In this document: positions 28,289 through 37,957 of the stretch, piece by piece
How the letters are laid out: each line of letters begins with the position of its first letter
Numbering within the stretch: the first letter of the stretch is position 1
Virus record (IMG/VR): IMGVR_UViG_3300043409_002042
Location: 1-64,000 of that record
Strand: one strand, 5' to 3'
Origin: a virus
DNA length: 64,000 nucleotides
Made by a program: the position numbers and the translations under genes
The notes under the pieces: generated by a model
The model's input: only the letters and a program-made list of their open reading frames with translations
Told to the model about the DNA's origin: nothing
Database searches by the model: none

Positions 28289-28732
28289 GTGGCTTCATTT
28301 CATCAAACAATAATTGTCGGGCACCTTGGGCGGGACCCGGAAAGCCGAAACCTGCCCAGCGGCGACGCTGTGTGCAACTTTTCAGTTGCCGTCACCGAAA
28401 AGTGGAAGGACAAGGCAGGCGACACCAAAGAGCAGACCACCTGGTACCGCGTGAACGCCTTCGGGAAACTGGCAGAAATATGCGGGCAGTATCTAAAAAA
28501 GGGCAGCTTGGTCATGTTGACCGGCAAAATGCAGGCCCGAAAGTTCGAGAAGGACGGCGTTGAGCGCGAGTCCTGGGAACTCAAGGCCGACCAGCTGCAG
28601 ATGCTGAGTGGCCGCGATGGCGCTGCTGGCGGCGGTGCACCTGCGCAGCGTCCAGCTGCGGCTCCTGCGGCGCGTCCGGCTGCGGCTCCTGCAGGCGGCT
28701 TTGATGACATGGACGACGATATACCATTCTAA
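28289..28732 (+). CDS. ssb: Single-stranded DNA-binding protein
   Basis: IVGHLGRDPE, YLKKGS, C-terminal DDDIPF. Confidence 0.95.
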   Translation: MASFHQTIIVGHLGRDPESRNLPSGDAVCNFSVAVTEKWKDKAGDTKEQTTWYRVNAFGKLAEICGQYLKKGSLVMLTGKMQARKFEKDGVERESWELKADQLQMLSGRDGAAGGGAPAQRPAAAPAARPAAAPAGGFDDMDDDIPF

Positions 28733-28746
28733 TTTTTTGTAGCATC

Positions 28747-29343
28747 ATGAGCGATTTTAACGAGCCCGGATATGAAAAACTGGCCGCTGTCCTGCAGCGC
28801 GCATACGACCAAGCCGCCAAGGGCAAGGGCAAGGAGCGCCACGCCGCTGGCGAGCCATTCCACGAGCAGGTCATGCAGATCATCGGAGCCCGCAAGTTTG
28901 GCGTCGGCTCCCTGCTGTGTCAGGCTTTCAAGAAGTCTGATGAGACCCAGAGCCTGCCGCTTGATCGCGGCGTGAACGAGCTCTTGGGGGCCATTGTGTA
29001 CTTGGCTGGGGCTGTGATCGCGCGCGAGGCCGAGGGTGATGGCGGCGAGACGGGGATGGAGGTCCAAAGTTACACTGAGAGAGAAGCAGCCAGCCGCGCT
29101 ATAGCACTGGCGGCTGGTTTTGTGCGCAATGAATCCACCCCTGAGGAAAGAAAACCGCAAAACGCCAAGGTGGAGAGCGACTGGATCGGTTGGTTCGGGG
29201 GTGTGATGCCGGTTCCGGCCCATCAAGCGGTACGGGTTAGATTTAGAAACGGCATAGAGAGCGTTGGTGTAGCGGGCCATCTTGACTGGGGTCATAATGA
29301 CAATCCCTATGACATCGTGACCTACCGTGACCTACAAACTTGA
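28747..29343 (+). CDS. Phage hypothetical protein
   Basis: AYDQAAKGKGKERHA; C-terminal WIGWFGG.MPV...DIVTYR module. Confidence 0.65.
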   Translation: MSDFNEPGYEKLAAVLQRAYDQAAKGKGKERHAAGEPFHEQVMQIIGARKFGVGSLLCQAFKKSDETQSLPLDRGVNELLGAIVYLAGAVIAREAEGDGGETGMEVQSYTEREAASRAIALAAGFVRNESTPEERKPQNAKVESDWIGWFGGVMPVPAHQAVRVRFRNGIESVGVAGHLDWGHNDNPYDIVTYRDLQT

Positions 29344-29346
29344 GCC

Positions 29347-29784
29347 ATGACCACCGAAAGCACCGTACTTCGGCAGGTCTGGCTGGCACTCGGCTCACGC
29401 TGCAGGCTTTTCCGCGTCAATACCGGCAAGGCCTGGGTGTGCCACGGGGAGCCGCGCTATTTGCGCGACGGGTCCGTGGTGCTGCCGCCCGGTAGCCGCC
29501 CGGTGCCGCTGGGGCTGAGCTATCCAAACGGCGACCCGGTGTCGGGCACGCCCGATCTGGTCGGCTGGTCCCCCGTGGTGGTCACCGCAGACATGGTTGG
29601 TCGCACGCTGCCTGTGTTCACCGGCGTGGAGGTCAAGGCATCCAGTGGCGGACGCAGGCGCGAGGCGCAGATCAATTTTGTCGAGCAGCTGATCAAGTCC
29701 GGCGGCATCGCTGGCTTCGCAAGCAGCGCCGATAGAGCACACGAAATTATTGATGCATGGCAGCGTGGAGAGTCTTCGCTTTGA
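29347..29784 (+). CDS. VRR-NUC nuclease
   Basis: GTPDLVG...GVEVK...Q..F...GGIAG. Confidence 0.85.
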   Translation: MTTESTVLRQVWLALGSRCRLFRVNTGKAWVCHGEPRYLRDGSVVLPPGSRPVPLGLSYPNGDPVSGTPDLVGWSPVVVTADMVGRTLPVFTGVEVKASSGGRRREAQINFVEQLIKSGGIAGFASSADRAHEIIDAWQRGESSL

Positions 29785-29986
29785 GGTATTATCGCACCCT
29801 GCACAATTTTTCACGGCTTTGCTCGAGCGCTGAATCACCCGACTGAGCCAATGTTTTACGGGCTCCCAGGCCTGGTCTGGGAAAAGGCGCGGACGGTCCT
29901 CCCCCCGTCTGCGCCGCCCACCTTTTTTAAAAACAGGGGAGGATCGCGGGGAGGCGATGTGGTCCTGAATATTTACCGGAGCGTCT

Positions 29987-32881
29987 ATGCATGACTCCGA
30001 CATGGAGCGCGCAAGGTCTGCGCTGGCTTACCTCAATCCTGCTGATCGCACGCTGTGGGTGCGCGTAGCATTTGCGCTTAAATCGGAATTTGGCGACGCC
30101 GCGTTTGAGGTCTTTGACAGCTGGGGGTTCGACTCCTACCCGCGGCCTCAGAAAGAGGTTCGGGCGACGTGGAAGTCGGCAAGCGAGGGCGGATCGGTCA
30201 CGATCGGCACGCTCTTTTGGGAGGCCAAGCAGGCCGGATGGAAGGACGACAGCAAGCGCACCAAGCCAAGTGCTGCTGACCTGGTCGCGCGCCGTGAGTC
30301 CGCCGAGCGCCGCCGCGCTGAGTACGAGCGCCAAGAGGCCGAGCAGCACGCTGATGCCGCTGATCGCGCGCGGTCAATCTGGGAGGCGTCACAGCCCTGT
30401 GACGCGCATGATTACCTGGATCGGAAAGCGGTGCAGTCACACGGCTTGCGCGTGGGTCGCTGGGATAAAATAGACGGCGATACGGGCGAGATACTAGGTC
30501 ATGTCGACGGGGTCTTGATGATCCCCATCATGGACCGCACGCGCAAAATCTGGAGCCTGCAGGGCATCGCGCCCGACGGGTCCAAGCTTTACCTGACGGG
30601 CGGTGCCAAGCGCGGCAATTTCTACGCGCTGGGCTCTCGTCCTCAAGCCAGCGGCGACGGTGCGCCGATCTTCGTGCTTGGAGAGGGCTATGCCACGTGC
30701 GCCAGCGTGCATGCAGCGACCGGTCACATGGTGCTGGTCTGCTTTGATACATCCAATCTTCTGCCCGTGGCCAAAGCCTTGCGCGAGCGCCTGCCAGCGG
30801 CCGTGATCTTGTTTGCTGCAGACAACGACGAGGCCGGCATCGATGAGCGCCTGGCTCGCGCAATTGAGCGTGGTGCTCACGATCCGGTTTGGGGCAGCAC
30901 CAGCGGGGCTCGGTCGGTCGCCGTCACGGGAAGCGATGGCCGCCAGATTGTGATCGACAACCCGGGTATCGTTGCTGCGCGCGCGGCCGCGTCCGCTGTT
31001 TCTGGCCTGGTGGCCGTGCCTCCACCTGGAGACTTCAACGACTTGCAGGCCAGCGAGGGCCTGGAGGCCGTGGCTGGCGTGATTGATGCTGCGTTGGGCC
31101 CGGCCCCGGCCCCAGATCCCGATCCTGTTCCTCCACCAGATGACGACGACAGCGAGATTGCGTTTGACGACCTGCCTCCCCAGGCGCCGGTGGCAAGCGC
31201 CGAAATGCCGCCAGATGATGTCCCGCCCGGTGATGATATTCAGGAGGCCGACGGCTTTGCGGTCTTGGGCTACGACCTGGACGAGTACTACATCTACCAC
31301 AAGGCCAAGCAGCAGGTGATTGTGCGCCGCCGCTCCGACTTTGGCCCCACTGGGCTGGTGGAGCTGGCCCCACTGAACTGGTGGGAGATGTTCTTTCCCT
31401 CGGCCAAGCGCGATGGCGGCGTCAATTGCACGATGGCAGCCGAGTGGCTTTTCGGCGTTGCCCACCGCCGTGGCATCTACGACGCCAGCCGCACGCGTGG
31501 GCGCGGGGCTTGGCGCGACAACCGCCGGATGGTGTTTCATCACGGCGACCACCTGACGGTGGATGGCGAGAGCTGTGGACTGTCCGAGATCAAAAGCAGT
31601 TTTGTGTACCAGATGGCACGGCCCATGCCTGCGCTGTCGGCCACTCCCGCAACGGATACCGATGGTCAGTACCTGCTGGACGTAGCCAAGATGGCGCGCT
31701 GGCAAAAGCCGGGCAGCTCGCTGATGCTGGTCGGCTGGGCGTTCCTGAGCCCTGTGTGCGGGTCACTCAAATGGCGGCCGCACATCTGGCTCACGGGCCC
31801 TGCTGGATCGGGCAAATCAAGCATTCAGTCGTCATTCCTTAATCCGCTCGTGCGCGGCATCGCGCGCAGTTTCCAGGGTGACTCGACCGAGCCTGGCATC
31901 CGGCAAAACCTGCAGGCCGACGCCATCCCCGTGATCATTGACGAGGCCGAGCCGAATGACGAGGCCGACAGGAAGCGGGTCGCCGCCATCCTGCGCATGA
32001 TCCGGCAGGCCAGCTCGGAGAGCGAGGCCGAGACGGCCAAGGGCACCGTGTCCGGCGAGGGCGTGCACTACCACATTCGCTCGATGTTTTGCCTGGCCTC
32101 GATCTCGACGATGCTGGACAAAGACAGCGACCTGAGCCGCGTCACGCCCCTGCAGCTGCGCGGTCCGGCCAAATCGGGCGACACCGAGGACCATTGGCCC
32201 GAGCTCGAGGCGGAGCTGACAAAGATCGACGAGGACTCGACCTGGCCCCAGCGCCTGCTTGCTCGAGCGCTGGGCATGATGCCCACGATCTTAGCCACCG
32301 TCAAAGTGTTCACCACCGTGGCCGCCAAGAAGTTCGGGAGCCAGCGCCGCGGCGACCAGTTCGGGACCCTGGTCGCTGGGTCCTGGTGCTTGACGCGCTC
32401 TGACGTTCCAAGCGAGGCCGAAGCGAAGGCTTTGCTGGACTCCTACGACTGGCGCGACCACTCAACCGAAGGTGACCCAGACGATCCGCACCGGGCTCTG
32501 TCCGCGATCATGTCCTCGCTCATCCGAGTGGGCACGTCGGACGTCACCGTGCACGAGCTGGTGGCTGAGGCTGCGGGCTATCTGAGCGGCAGTACCAGCG
32601 TTGGCGCAGAGGCCGCGACGGACGTGCTCAAGCGCCACGGCATGCGCATCATGGGCGACAGCCTGGTGTTTGGGGTCACAGCCGACAACCTCAAGAAACT
32701 GACGTCAAAGACGGCCTACGCCACCGACCTTCGCGGCCAGTTGATGCGGCTGCCGGGGGCAACCAATTTTGGCAACAAAACGCTGAAATTCTCGGGGTGC
32801 ACGACCAAGTGCGTGGCGGTCCCCCTGGGCCTGGTGATCGACGCGCTGCAGGCGTCGGCGTCTGACGAGGCCCCTATTTGA
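29987..32881 (+). CDS. Primase-helicase (PriCT-2 + Toprim + P-loop)
   Basis: WVRVAFALK..TIGTLFWEAK..GW; GEGYAT, AADND, DFND; GPAGSGKS, IIDEAE. Confidence 0.9.
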   Translation: MHDSDMERARSALAYLNPADRTLWVRVAFALKSEFGDAAFEVFDSWGFDSYPRPQKEVRATWKSASEGGSVTIGTLFWEAKQAGWKDDSKRTKPSAADLVARRESAERRRAEYERQEAEQHADAADRARSIWEASQPCDAHDYLDRKAVQSHGLRVGRWDKIDGDTGEILGHVDGVLMIPIMDRTRKIWSLQGIAPDGSKLYLTGGAKRGNFYALGSRPQASGDGAPIFVLGEGYATCASVHAATGHMVLVCFDTSNLLPVAKALRERLPAAVILFAADNDEAGIDERLARAIERGAHDPVWGSTSGARSVAVTGSDGRQIVIDNPGIVAARAAASAVSGLVAVPPPGDFNDLQASEGLEAVAGVIDAALGPAPAPDPDPVPPPDDDDSEIAFDDLPPQAPVASAEMPPDDVPPGDDIQEADGFAVLGYDLDEYYIYHKAKQQVIVRRRSDFGPTGLVELAPLNWWEMFFPSAKRDGGVNCTMAAEWLFGVAHRRGIYDASRTRGRGAWRDNRRMVFHHGDHLTVDGESCGLSEIKSSFVYQMARPMPALSATPATDTDGQYLLDVAKMARWQKPGSSLMLVGWAFLSPVCGSLKWRPHIWLTGPAGSGKSSIQSSFLNPLVRGIARSFQGDSTEPGIRQNLQADAIPVIIDEAEPNDEADRKRVAAILRMIRQASSESEAETAKGTVSGEGVHYHIRSMFCLASISTMLDKDSDLSRVTPLQLRGPAKSGDTEDHWPELEAELTKIDEDSTWPQRLLARALGMMPTILATVKVFTTVAAKKFGSQRRGDQFGTLVAGSWCLTRSDVPSEAEAKALLDSYDWRDHSTEGDPDDPHRALSAIMSSLIRVGTSDVTVHELVAEAAGYLSGSTSVGAEAATDVLKRHGMRIMGDSLVFGVTADNLKKLTSKTAYATDLRGQLMRLPGATNFGNKTLKFSGCTTKCVAVPLGLVIDALQASASDEAPI

Positions 32882-33266
32882 ACGCTCGCAGGATCTGCGA
32901 GAATGGGTTGTCTGCGGCCGTTTTGCCCGACCGCCGGAGCCTTTGGCGCGCTGCGATGATCTCTTTGTTTGCCTCTCTGTAGCGCTTGTTGGCCGCTTTT
33001 TGGCGGTCCACGAGACGTGGCTTCTCTGCGTCTTTTCCGGGGCCTGCGGCATAGACCGCCTGGGGCTTGCCGCCTTTCCCCCGCATGGGCCGGTATTCGA
33101 CGATGTGCAGCTTTTCTGCTCCGCGCTGTTGGCGCTCCCAATAAATTGACGCCTGTACCGTGTTGCGTTTTTTTCCCAGGTATTCGGAGAGTTCGTCTTT
33201 CGTCATGGGCGAGACGGTCGACAAGACGTCGATGATGGCGTTGATGGTTTCGGGCTTGCTTGCCAT
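32874..33266 (-). CDS. Putative winged-helix DNA-binding protein
   Basis: PMTKDELSEYLG...HIVEY...AVYAAGPGKDA. Confidence 0.6.
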   Translation of the reverse strand: MASKPETINAIIDVLSTVSPMTKDELSEYLGKKRNTVQASIYWERQQRGAEKLHIVEYRPMRGKGGKPQAVYAAGPGKDAEKPRLVDRQKAANKRYREANKEIIAARQRLRRSGKTAADNPFSQILRAFK

Positions 33267-33324
33267 TTTTACTGCTTTTTGGCAAAAAAGGCCCGGGTGG
33301 GCCTGGGTTTTGTGGGTTGATGAT

Positions 33325-34259
33325 TTACGGGGTTTCGTTCCATTCGCGGCCATCGAGCGCACGGCCTGCGGCTTTTTTGCCGACGCGGTAAACACCGATG
33401 TAGCTTTCAGGCCCATTCGGCTGATGGAATGGAACCACGCGGCCATCAGCGGTTAGCTTCGACGTGGTGCGCTTGATTGAAGCGTGTACCGGCTGATCAA
33501 GGTTTGCGTGTCTCTCATCAACCCACTCCCCCCACTGCTTGAACAGGAACGGCACGCCTGCAGCCTGGCACTGATCGCGCAAGCTGCGCACCCAGACTGG
33601 GTTCATCGGGCGCGCTTGTGGGCCGCTTTCGCCGCCGACGATCACCCAATCGATTTCTTCGAGAGCGTTGCTATGATCTCGCATGTCATTTTGGTTTGCG
33701 AACAAACCCTCACAAATGACACCGGCCCCAGCAGCGGCTCCATGCTCAGGAACCGCTTCACAGCGGGAACGGCCAACAGCTTCGGGATGTCCCGGTAGGC
33801 TTCCTTTTGGTTGCAGATCGTCGCGCCAAGCCAGACGTTCGACCACGGCTCACGCCATGAGCGCATGATGTCGCTGCACGCATCGTTAATCATCGACTCA
33901 GCGTTGCCGATTCGCTTAGTCAAAAGTAGCCAGTCCAGATGTGGCGTGTCCTCTATCAGTTGGAATAAATCGGCACGCCATTGACCCGGCACGGCGTTGT
34001 CAAACACATCGGACAGCGATGCGCAAAACACCCTGTACCGCACGCCCAAGCGCTCGGCCTCGGCGTTCCACTTGATCGGCTGCTTCCAGTTGGCTTCGCT
34101 GGTACGCTTGCGCGGCTGTCCAGCGCCCCATGTGACGCCCTGAAGCTTTGCGGGCATGCTCTTTTCTGCGTAGCAGTTGTCGCAGGCTGGGCTGACCTTC
34201 GTGCACCCGATCCATGGATTAAAAGAATGGTGGCACCATTCGATTTTGGTGTCTTTCAT
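33325..34259 (-). pseudogene. Gp37/Gp68 (DUF5131) family protein, frameshifted near 33712
   Basis: IEWCHHSFNPWIGCTKVSPACDNCYA...SMEPLLGPV in one frame; [11 protein letters not shown]...[10 protein letters not shown]...GRALDGREW in another. Confidence 0.8.
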
Positions 34260-34486
34260 GCGTTTCCTTTCTTTGCCGACCTGGTGGCCTCACGCTTGAG
34301 GCGTTTCTGCTCGTCTATTGCGGCGTTGTGCGCCTCAATTTCCGCCGTGTTGTGCACCGGGCGCTGTGCCCATGCGTGGGGCTTGCGCGGTGGCTTTACA
34401 GGTATCCGGCGTGGTGCTGTGGCAGCCATGAATTCAGGATCGCTGACCATCGCCAGTACGGCGGTGGCTAAGAGGCCGCGCATCAT
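34256..34486 (-). CDS. Small basic hypothetical protein
   Basis: ATGA-coupled on both sides. Confidence 0.5.
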   Translation of the reverse strand: MMRGLLATAVLAMVSDPEFMAATAPRRIPVKPPRKPHAWAQRPVHNTAEIEAHNAAIDEQKRLKREATRSAKKGNA

Positions 34487-35451
34487 GCCTCGCCCCCTTC
34501 CTTGGGTGCGGCTGGCAGGGGCATCCAATAAATATTGATTGCTGTGTGGGGTTCTTTTGCCCACTGGCAAATCTCGCTTCCCAGCCAGTAATCCGGTCGT
34601 ACATCGCCCCTGCTGTCGCAAACAATGATCCACCTGCCATCCTTCGGAGCTGTCTTGATGGTCTGCCACCCATCCTGCACCGTCGCTGGCTTGGTTTCTG
34701 CCGCTGACTGCGCTGTGATGCCGTGGGCATCGCTTTTAATTGATGCGGCAAACGCATTTAGCTGATAGTGTCTTGCCTCCCAAAACCCGCTCAAGCCGTG
34801 CCATTTCATGCCAACTTTTAAAGCCAACTCATCAACTGGCAGCACGGGCACCGCTGGGGCCGTATAGGCGGGTGGGGTGGTGTATAGGTCGGCAGCTTTA
34901 AACCAACGGGCATCACAGTCCGTAATATAGCCCGTCATGGTGATGCGGGTGCGTCCGGTCTCGCCATTTTGCCAAAGTGTCGCCACTGGCTCCTGCACAA
35001 GTGTTGGTATTTCCCCCTTCACGATCCAGTCTGCGACATCATCGAAATAGTCAGGCAGGTCGCCAATGACGCAAAGCGTTTTGATGGCGTCTGCAATGTC
35101 CATCTTGCTCAGTGGGGCGTCTGGCTCGGTGGTGGGCTGTGCACCCTGTTGGTTCGCGGCCAGCCATTCGCCCATCATCTTGCCCACGTCTGCCCAGTTG
35201 TCGGCATGGCGTTCAATCAGGTGGTAGGCGATTCCGCCATCCATGCCCGCCCATTCTTGGCTGTTTGTTGGGACTGTTGGCTTTGCTGGCTCCACGTACT
35301 CCACCAGCTGCACCGCCCGGTGGGGGGCGTTGCTGGGATGGTGTCGGTTTGCTGATTGCGCCTCTTGCTCAGCGTCCTGTTTGTCGTTGCACGGCGTTGT
35401 CATGCCGTGCTTGTCCACGCAGTACCAGCGCGGTGTTGTTGCTTGTGTCAT
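34483..35451 (-). CDS. Mosaic early phage protein (DUF551/Ea22-like modules)
   Basis: QEPVA...LYTTPP; WQTIKTAPKDG...YWMPLPAAP. Confidence 0.7.
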   Translation of the reverse strand: MTQATTPRWYCVDKHGMTTPCNDKQDAEQEAQSANRHHPSNAPHRAVQLVEYVEPAKPTVPTNSQEWAGMDGGIAYHLIERHADNWADVGKMMGEWLAANQQGAQPTTEPDAPLSKMDIADAIKTLCVIGDLPDYFDDVADWIVKGEIPTLVQEPVATLWQNGETGRTRITMTGYITDCDARWFKAADLYTTPPAYTAPAVPVLPVDELALKVGMKWHGLSGFWEARHYQLNAFAASIKSDAHGITAQSAAETKPATVQDGWQTIKTAPKDGRWIIVCDSRGDVRPDYWLGSEICQWAKEPHTAINIYWMPLPAAPKEGGEA

Positions 35452-35581
35452 TTCTTCTCCTCATTTGTTGGATAAGGGTCTTGTCCAGCATCAATGCAGT
35501 CAAGTACACGTAAAAGCTCTTGCTTTTGAGCCTCCCAGGCGGCGTCCCTAGCAGCGTCCCCTGTGTCTAAGTCAATCCAAT

Positions 35582-35890
35582 TCATTTCCGCCCCCCTTCG
35601 CACCGCTTCTTGATGCTCTCAGGCACGTCCGGGTGCCAGCCGCCGATCAAAGACGAGCAGTCGAACACGGGGCGTGGCTTGGCGAAGAAAATTGCCACCA
35701 CCAATGCGGCCACCAAGACGGCGCAGCAAACCAGCGCCAGCGCCCAAATCAGCAGCTTGGTCTGTCGCTGCTCCGGGTGGTCTTCGACTTGCCGCACCAG
35801 TTGCCGGTGTGCGACGCAGCCGATGGCATCGGTGCATCCGCTTGTTGAGCAGTGCTCGCCGCACCGATTGAGCTCGTTTGTGTTTTGCAT
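35582..35890 (-). CDS. Membrane-anchored hypothetical protein
   Basis: AAGGAG RBS; one TM segment. Confidence 0.6.
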   Translation of the reverse strand: MQNTNELNRCGEHCSTSGCTDAIGCVAHRQLVRQVEDHPEQRQTKLLIWALALVCCAVLVAALVVAIFFAKPRPVFDCSSLIGGWHPDVPESIKKRCEGGRK

Positions 35891-36017
35891 ATTTCTCCTT
35901 GGTTTGAGGGTTAAAAAGGTGCAGGCGGGATTTGATCGCGCAGCTTGCCCTGGTATTCGCTCTCTTGCGCTGGCGTCCAGGGCACGGGGCCACCTGGTGG
36001 GGTGAAGGGCCAGGTGG

Positions 36018-36359
36018 TCATGGCTTCTTGCTGTTCTCTTCGAGCATGATTCTTTTTACGTGCTGGTTTGCAGCTTCGTTGTAAACCGCGCCATTTCTTG
36101 CAATTAAGCCGTCCCAGACGTAAAACTGTTTTTCACCAATGCCTGGATATTCAAACGTTTTTAGGATGTACCTTTGCGTTGGATGTGCTGGCCTGGTTTT
36201 GCGATTTACATCGAACGATTTTCCAAAAACATCGGTGCTCTCGTATTTTGTGAAAAAATCCAACGGAACACGAACGATCAGCTCGATTTCTCGCCCCTGT
36301 AGGTCAATTGTTTGGCCGTTGGACTCCCCTCCAATAATGTGGATGGTGTCGTTTTTCAC
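36018..36359 (-). CDS. Hypothetical protein (AT-richer)
   Basis: GTGA overlap with upstream stop. Confidence 0.45.
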   Translation of the reverse strand: MKNDTIHIIGGESNGQTIDLQGREIELIVRVPLDFFTKYESTDVFGKSFDVNRKTRPAHPTQRYILKTFEYPGIGEKQFYVWDGLIARNGAVYNEAANQHVKRIMLEENSKKP

Positions 36360-36844
36360 GCCGACACCCACTCGCTCTTGTGCACCGTTTCGGTCCACTC
36401 CAGATTAACTTGGACGTGGTGTCCGCACCACAGGAACTCCCGCATCTCTGGCGTGCGGCGACGGTGGAGGTGTTTGGCGGGAGTGACCTTCCACCGGGTT
36501 TCGTCACCGATGAAGTGCATGGTGTGGTCGGGGTCTATGGCGCAGCGGCCGTCGCGGATGTAGCGGGGCCAGAAGGTGGGGTCTATTTCGTTTGGTGAAT
36601 TAAGCGCCCATGTTTTTGCCCTTGCGCCGTGTCCAAGCACTTCCCTTAAATGGGATCCTGAAATCCAGCGGCCATCGTGCAAAATTCCGATGTATAAGTG
36701 CTTCTGGAATTCGCCTGATGGTTTTGTTGCCACAATCTGATGCGCTGTGGTCTTCCAATTTCTGCGGATCCACGCATGCAGGTTCGGGCTGTACTTTGGC
36801 CCCAGCCTGGGGTCGATCAATGGTAGGAGTTCGCGGGCGATCAT
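36356..36844 (-). CDS. Hypothetical protein
   Basis: KYSPNLH...FWPRYIRDGRCAIDPDH; ATGA-coupled. Confidence 0.6.
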   Translation of the reverse strand: MIARELLPLIDPRLGPKYSPNLHAWIRRNWKTTAHQIVATKPSGEFQKHLYIGILHDGRWISGSHLREVLGHGARAKTWALNSPNEIDPTFWPRYIRDGRCAIDPDHTMHFIGDETRWKVTPAKHLHRRRTPEMREFLWCGHHVQVNLEWTETVHKSEWVSA

Positions 36845-37239
36845 GGCGCCGCTCCTGGCGTTCCGGCGAGGCCGCAGTAGCCGTAGGTTGGGGTGGTTTG
36901 CTTTGGTGCAATTACGGTATGCGCACTCGCCGATGTGTGTGTCGGCATTGATGCGGATTCGTATTTCGGCACCCACCGCCACATGGCGCACTTTTCGGCA
37001 ACGCACTCAGACCCCGTGCTGATGTTGACGTCGATCTCCATCGCCATGATGGTGCCAGTTTCGGGTTTCGGCATTTCGCCCATCTCAAAGTTCGACGGGC
37101 TTTGAACAATCGCAACTTTCACCGGTTTTAAAAACCGAGACATCGTGCGGTTGTAGGCAACTGGAACGTCTACTTCGCCAACCTGACCAACCCTTGCCAT
37201 CGGGCACCACAATTCTTTGGCTTGTTCGGGTGTGTGCAT
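36841..37239 (-). CDS. Hypothetical protein
   Basis: AAGGA RBS; LWCPMAR...CVAEKCAMWRW...GYCGLAG. Confidence 0.65.
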   Translation of the reverse strand: MHTPEQAKELWCPMARVGQVGEVDVPVAYNRTMSRFLKPVKVAIVQSPSNFEMGEMPKPETGTIMAMEIDVNISTGSECVAEKCAMWRWVPKYESASMPTHTSASAHTVIAPKQTTPTYGYCGLAGTPGAAP

Positions 37240-37336
37240 ATCGTCCTTTCGGTTTCAGGTTGTCAAAAAAGCGGCCACCAAGCCTATCGCCGCGCCTGCG
37301 CCCAAAATGAGCGCTGTGGCAATGTTCAAAATGGTG

Positions 37337-37678
37337 TCAGTTTTCATCGCTGCCCTTCTTCGCTGGTGGTGTGAAAATCGCCCCCAGCATGCTGGAGACG
37401 TTGGTGGTGAAATCTTCTGGCAGTTCAGCGTCCATGGCCGCCATGGTTGCCATCGCCTTCGCTGAGCGCGCTTTCGCTTTTTCGACTTCGCCGTGCGCCA
37501 GCATCATCTTGGTGGCCGCCAGCACCGCTGCCGCATGCAGTTCGCGCGCTGCCTGCGCATAAAGACGCTTGCGCTGGATCATGGCTTTAAATCCACCGGC
37601 GCCGCGCTGCGCCAGTTCTTCGTTGCTCAGGCCTTCGCAGGCCGCGAGGGCAAGCTGGATTCGGTCCTGATGGCTCAT
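37337..37678 (-). CDS. Hypothetical protein
   Basis: ATGA-coupled helical ORF. Confidence 0.5.
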   Translation of the reverse strand: MSHQDRIQLALAACEGLSNEELAQRGAGGFKAMIQRKRLYAQAARELHAAAVLAATKMMLAHGEVEKAKARSAKAMATMAAMDAELPEDFTTNVSSMLGAIFTPPAKKGSDEN

Positions 37679-37878
37679 GCTGAAACTCCCGCAGCCGCGG
37701 CAAATTTCTCGCCGCGTTCCTGCAGGTTCTGCGCGGTCAACCCGTACAATTTTCCGCTCGGAGCCTTGCGTGCGCGCTCAGCCAGCCCCGAGAGCTGCTT
37801 GGCATTCGCTGCCTGCTGCTGGCGCACCGGCTCTGGTGTGCAGCCAAAAATGGCGGCGATTTCTTGCGCTGTTTTCAT
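37675..37878 (-). CDS. Small HTH-like hypothetical protein
   Basis: MKTAQEIAAIFGCTPE; purine-rich RBS. Confidence 0.5.
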   Translation of the reverse strand: MKTAQEIAAIFGCTPEPVRQQQAANAKQLSGLAERARKAPSGKLYGLTAQNLQERGEKFAAAAGVSA

Positions 37879-37957
37879 GGCGGTTCCCCTTTTTGTTTGC
37901 GATGACTGAATTGTACTTCAAAAAATTTGTTTATAGATCGCTGCCTCAAAAATATTT

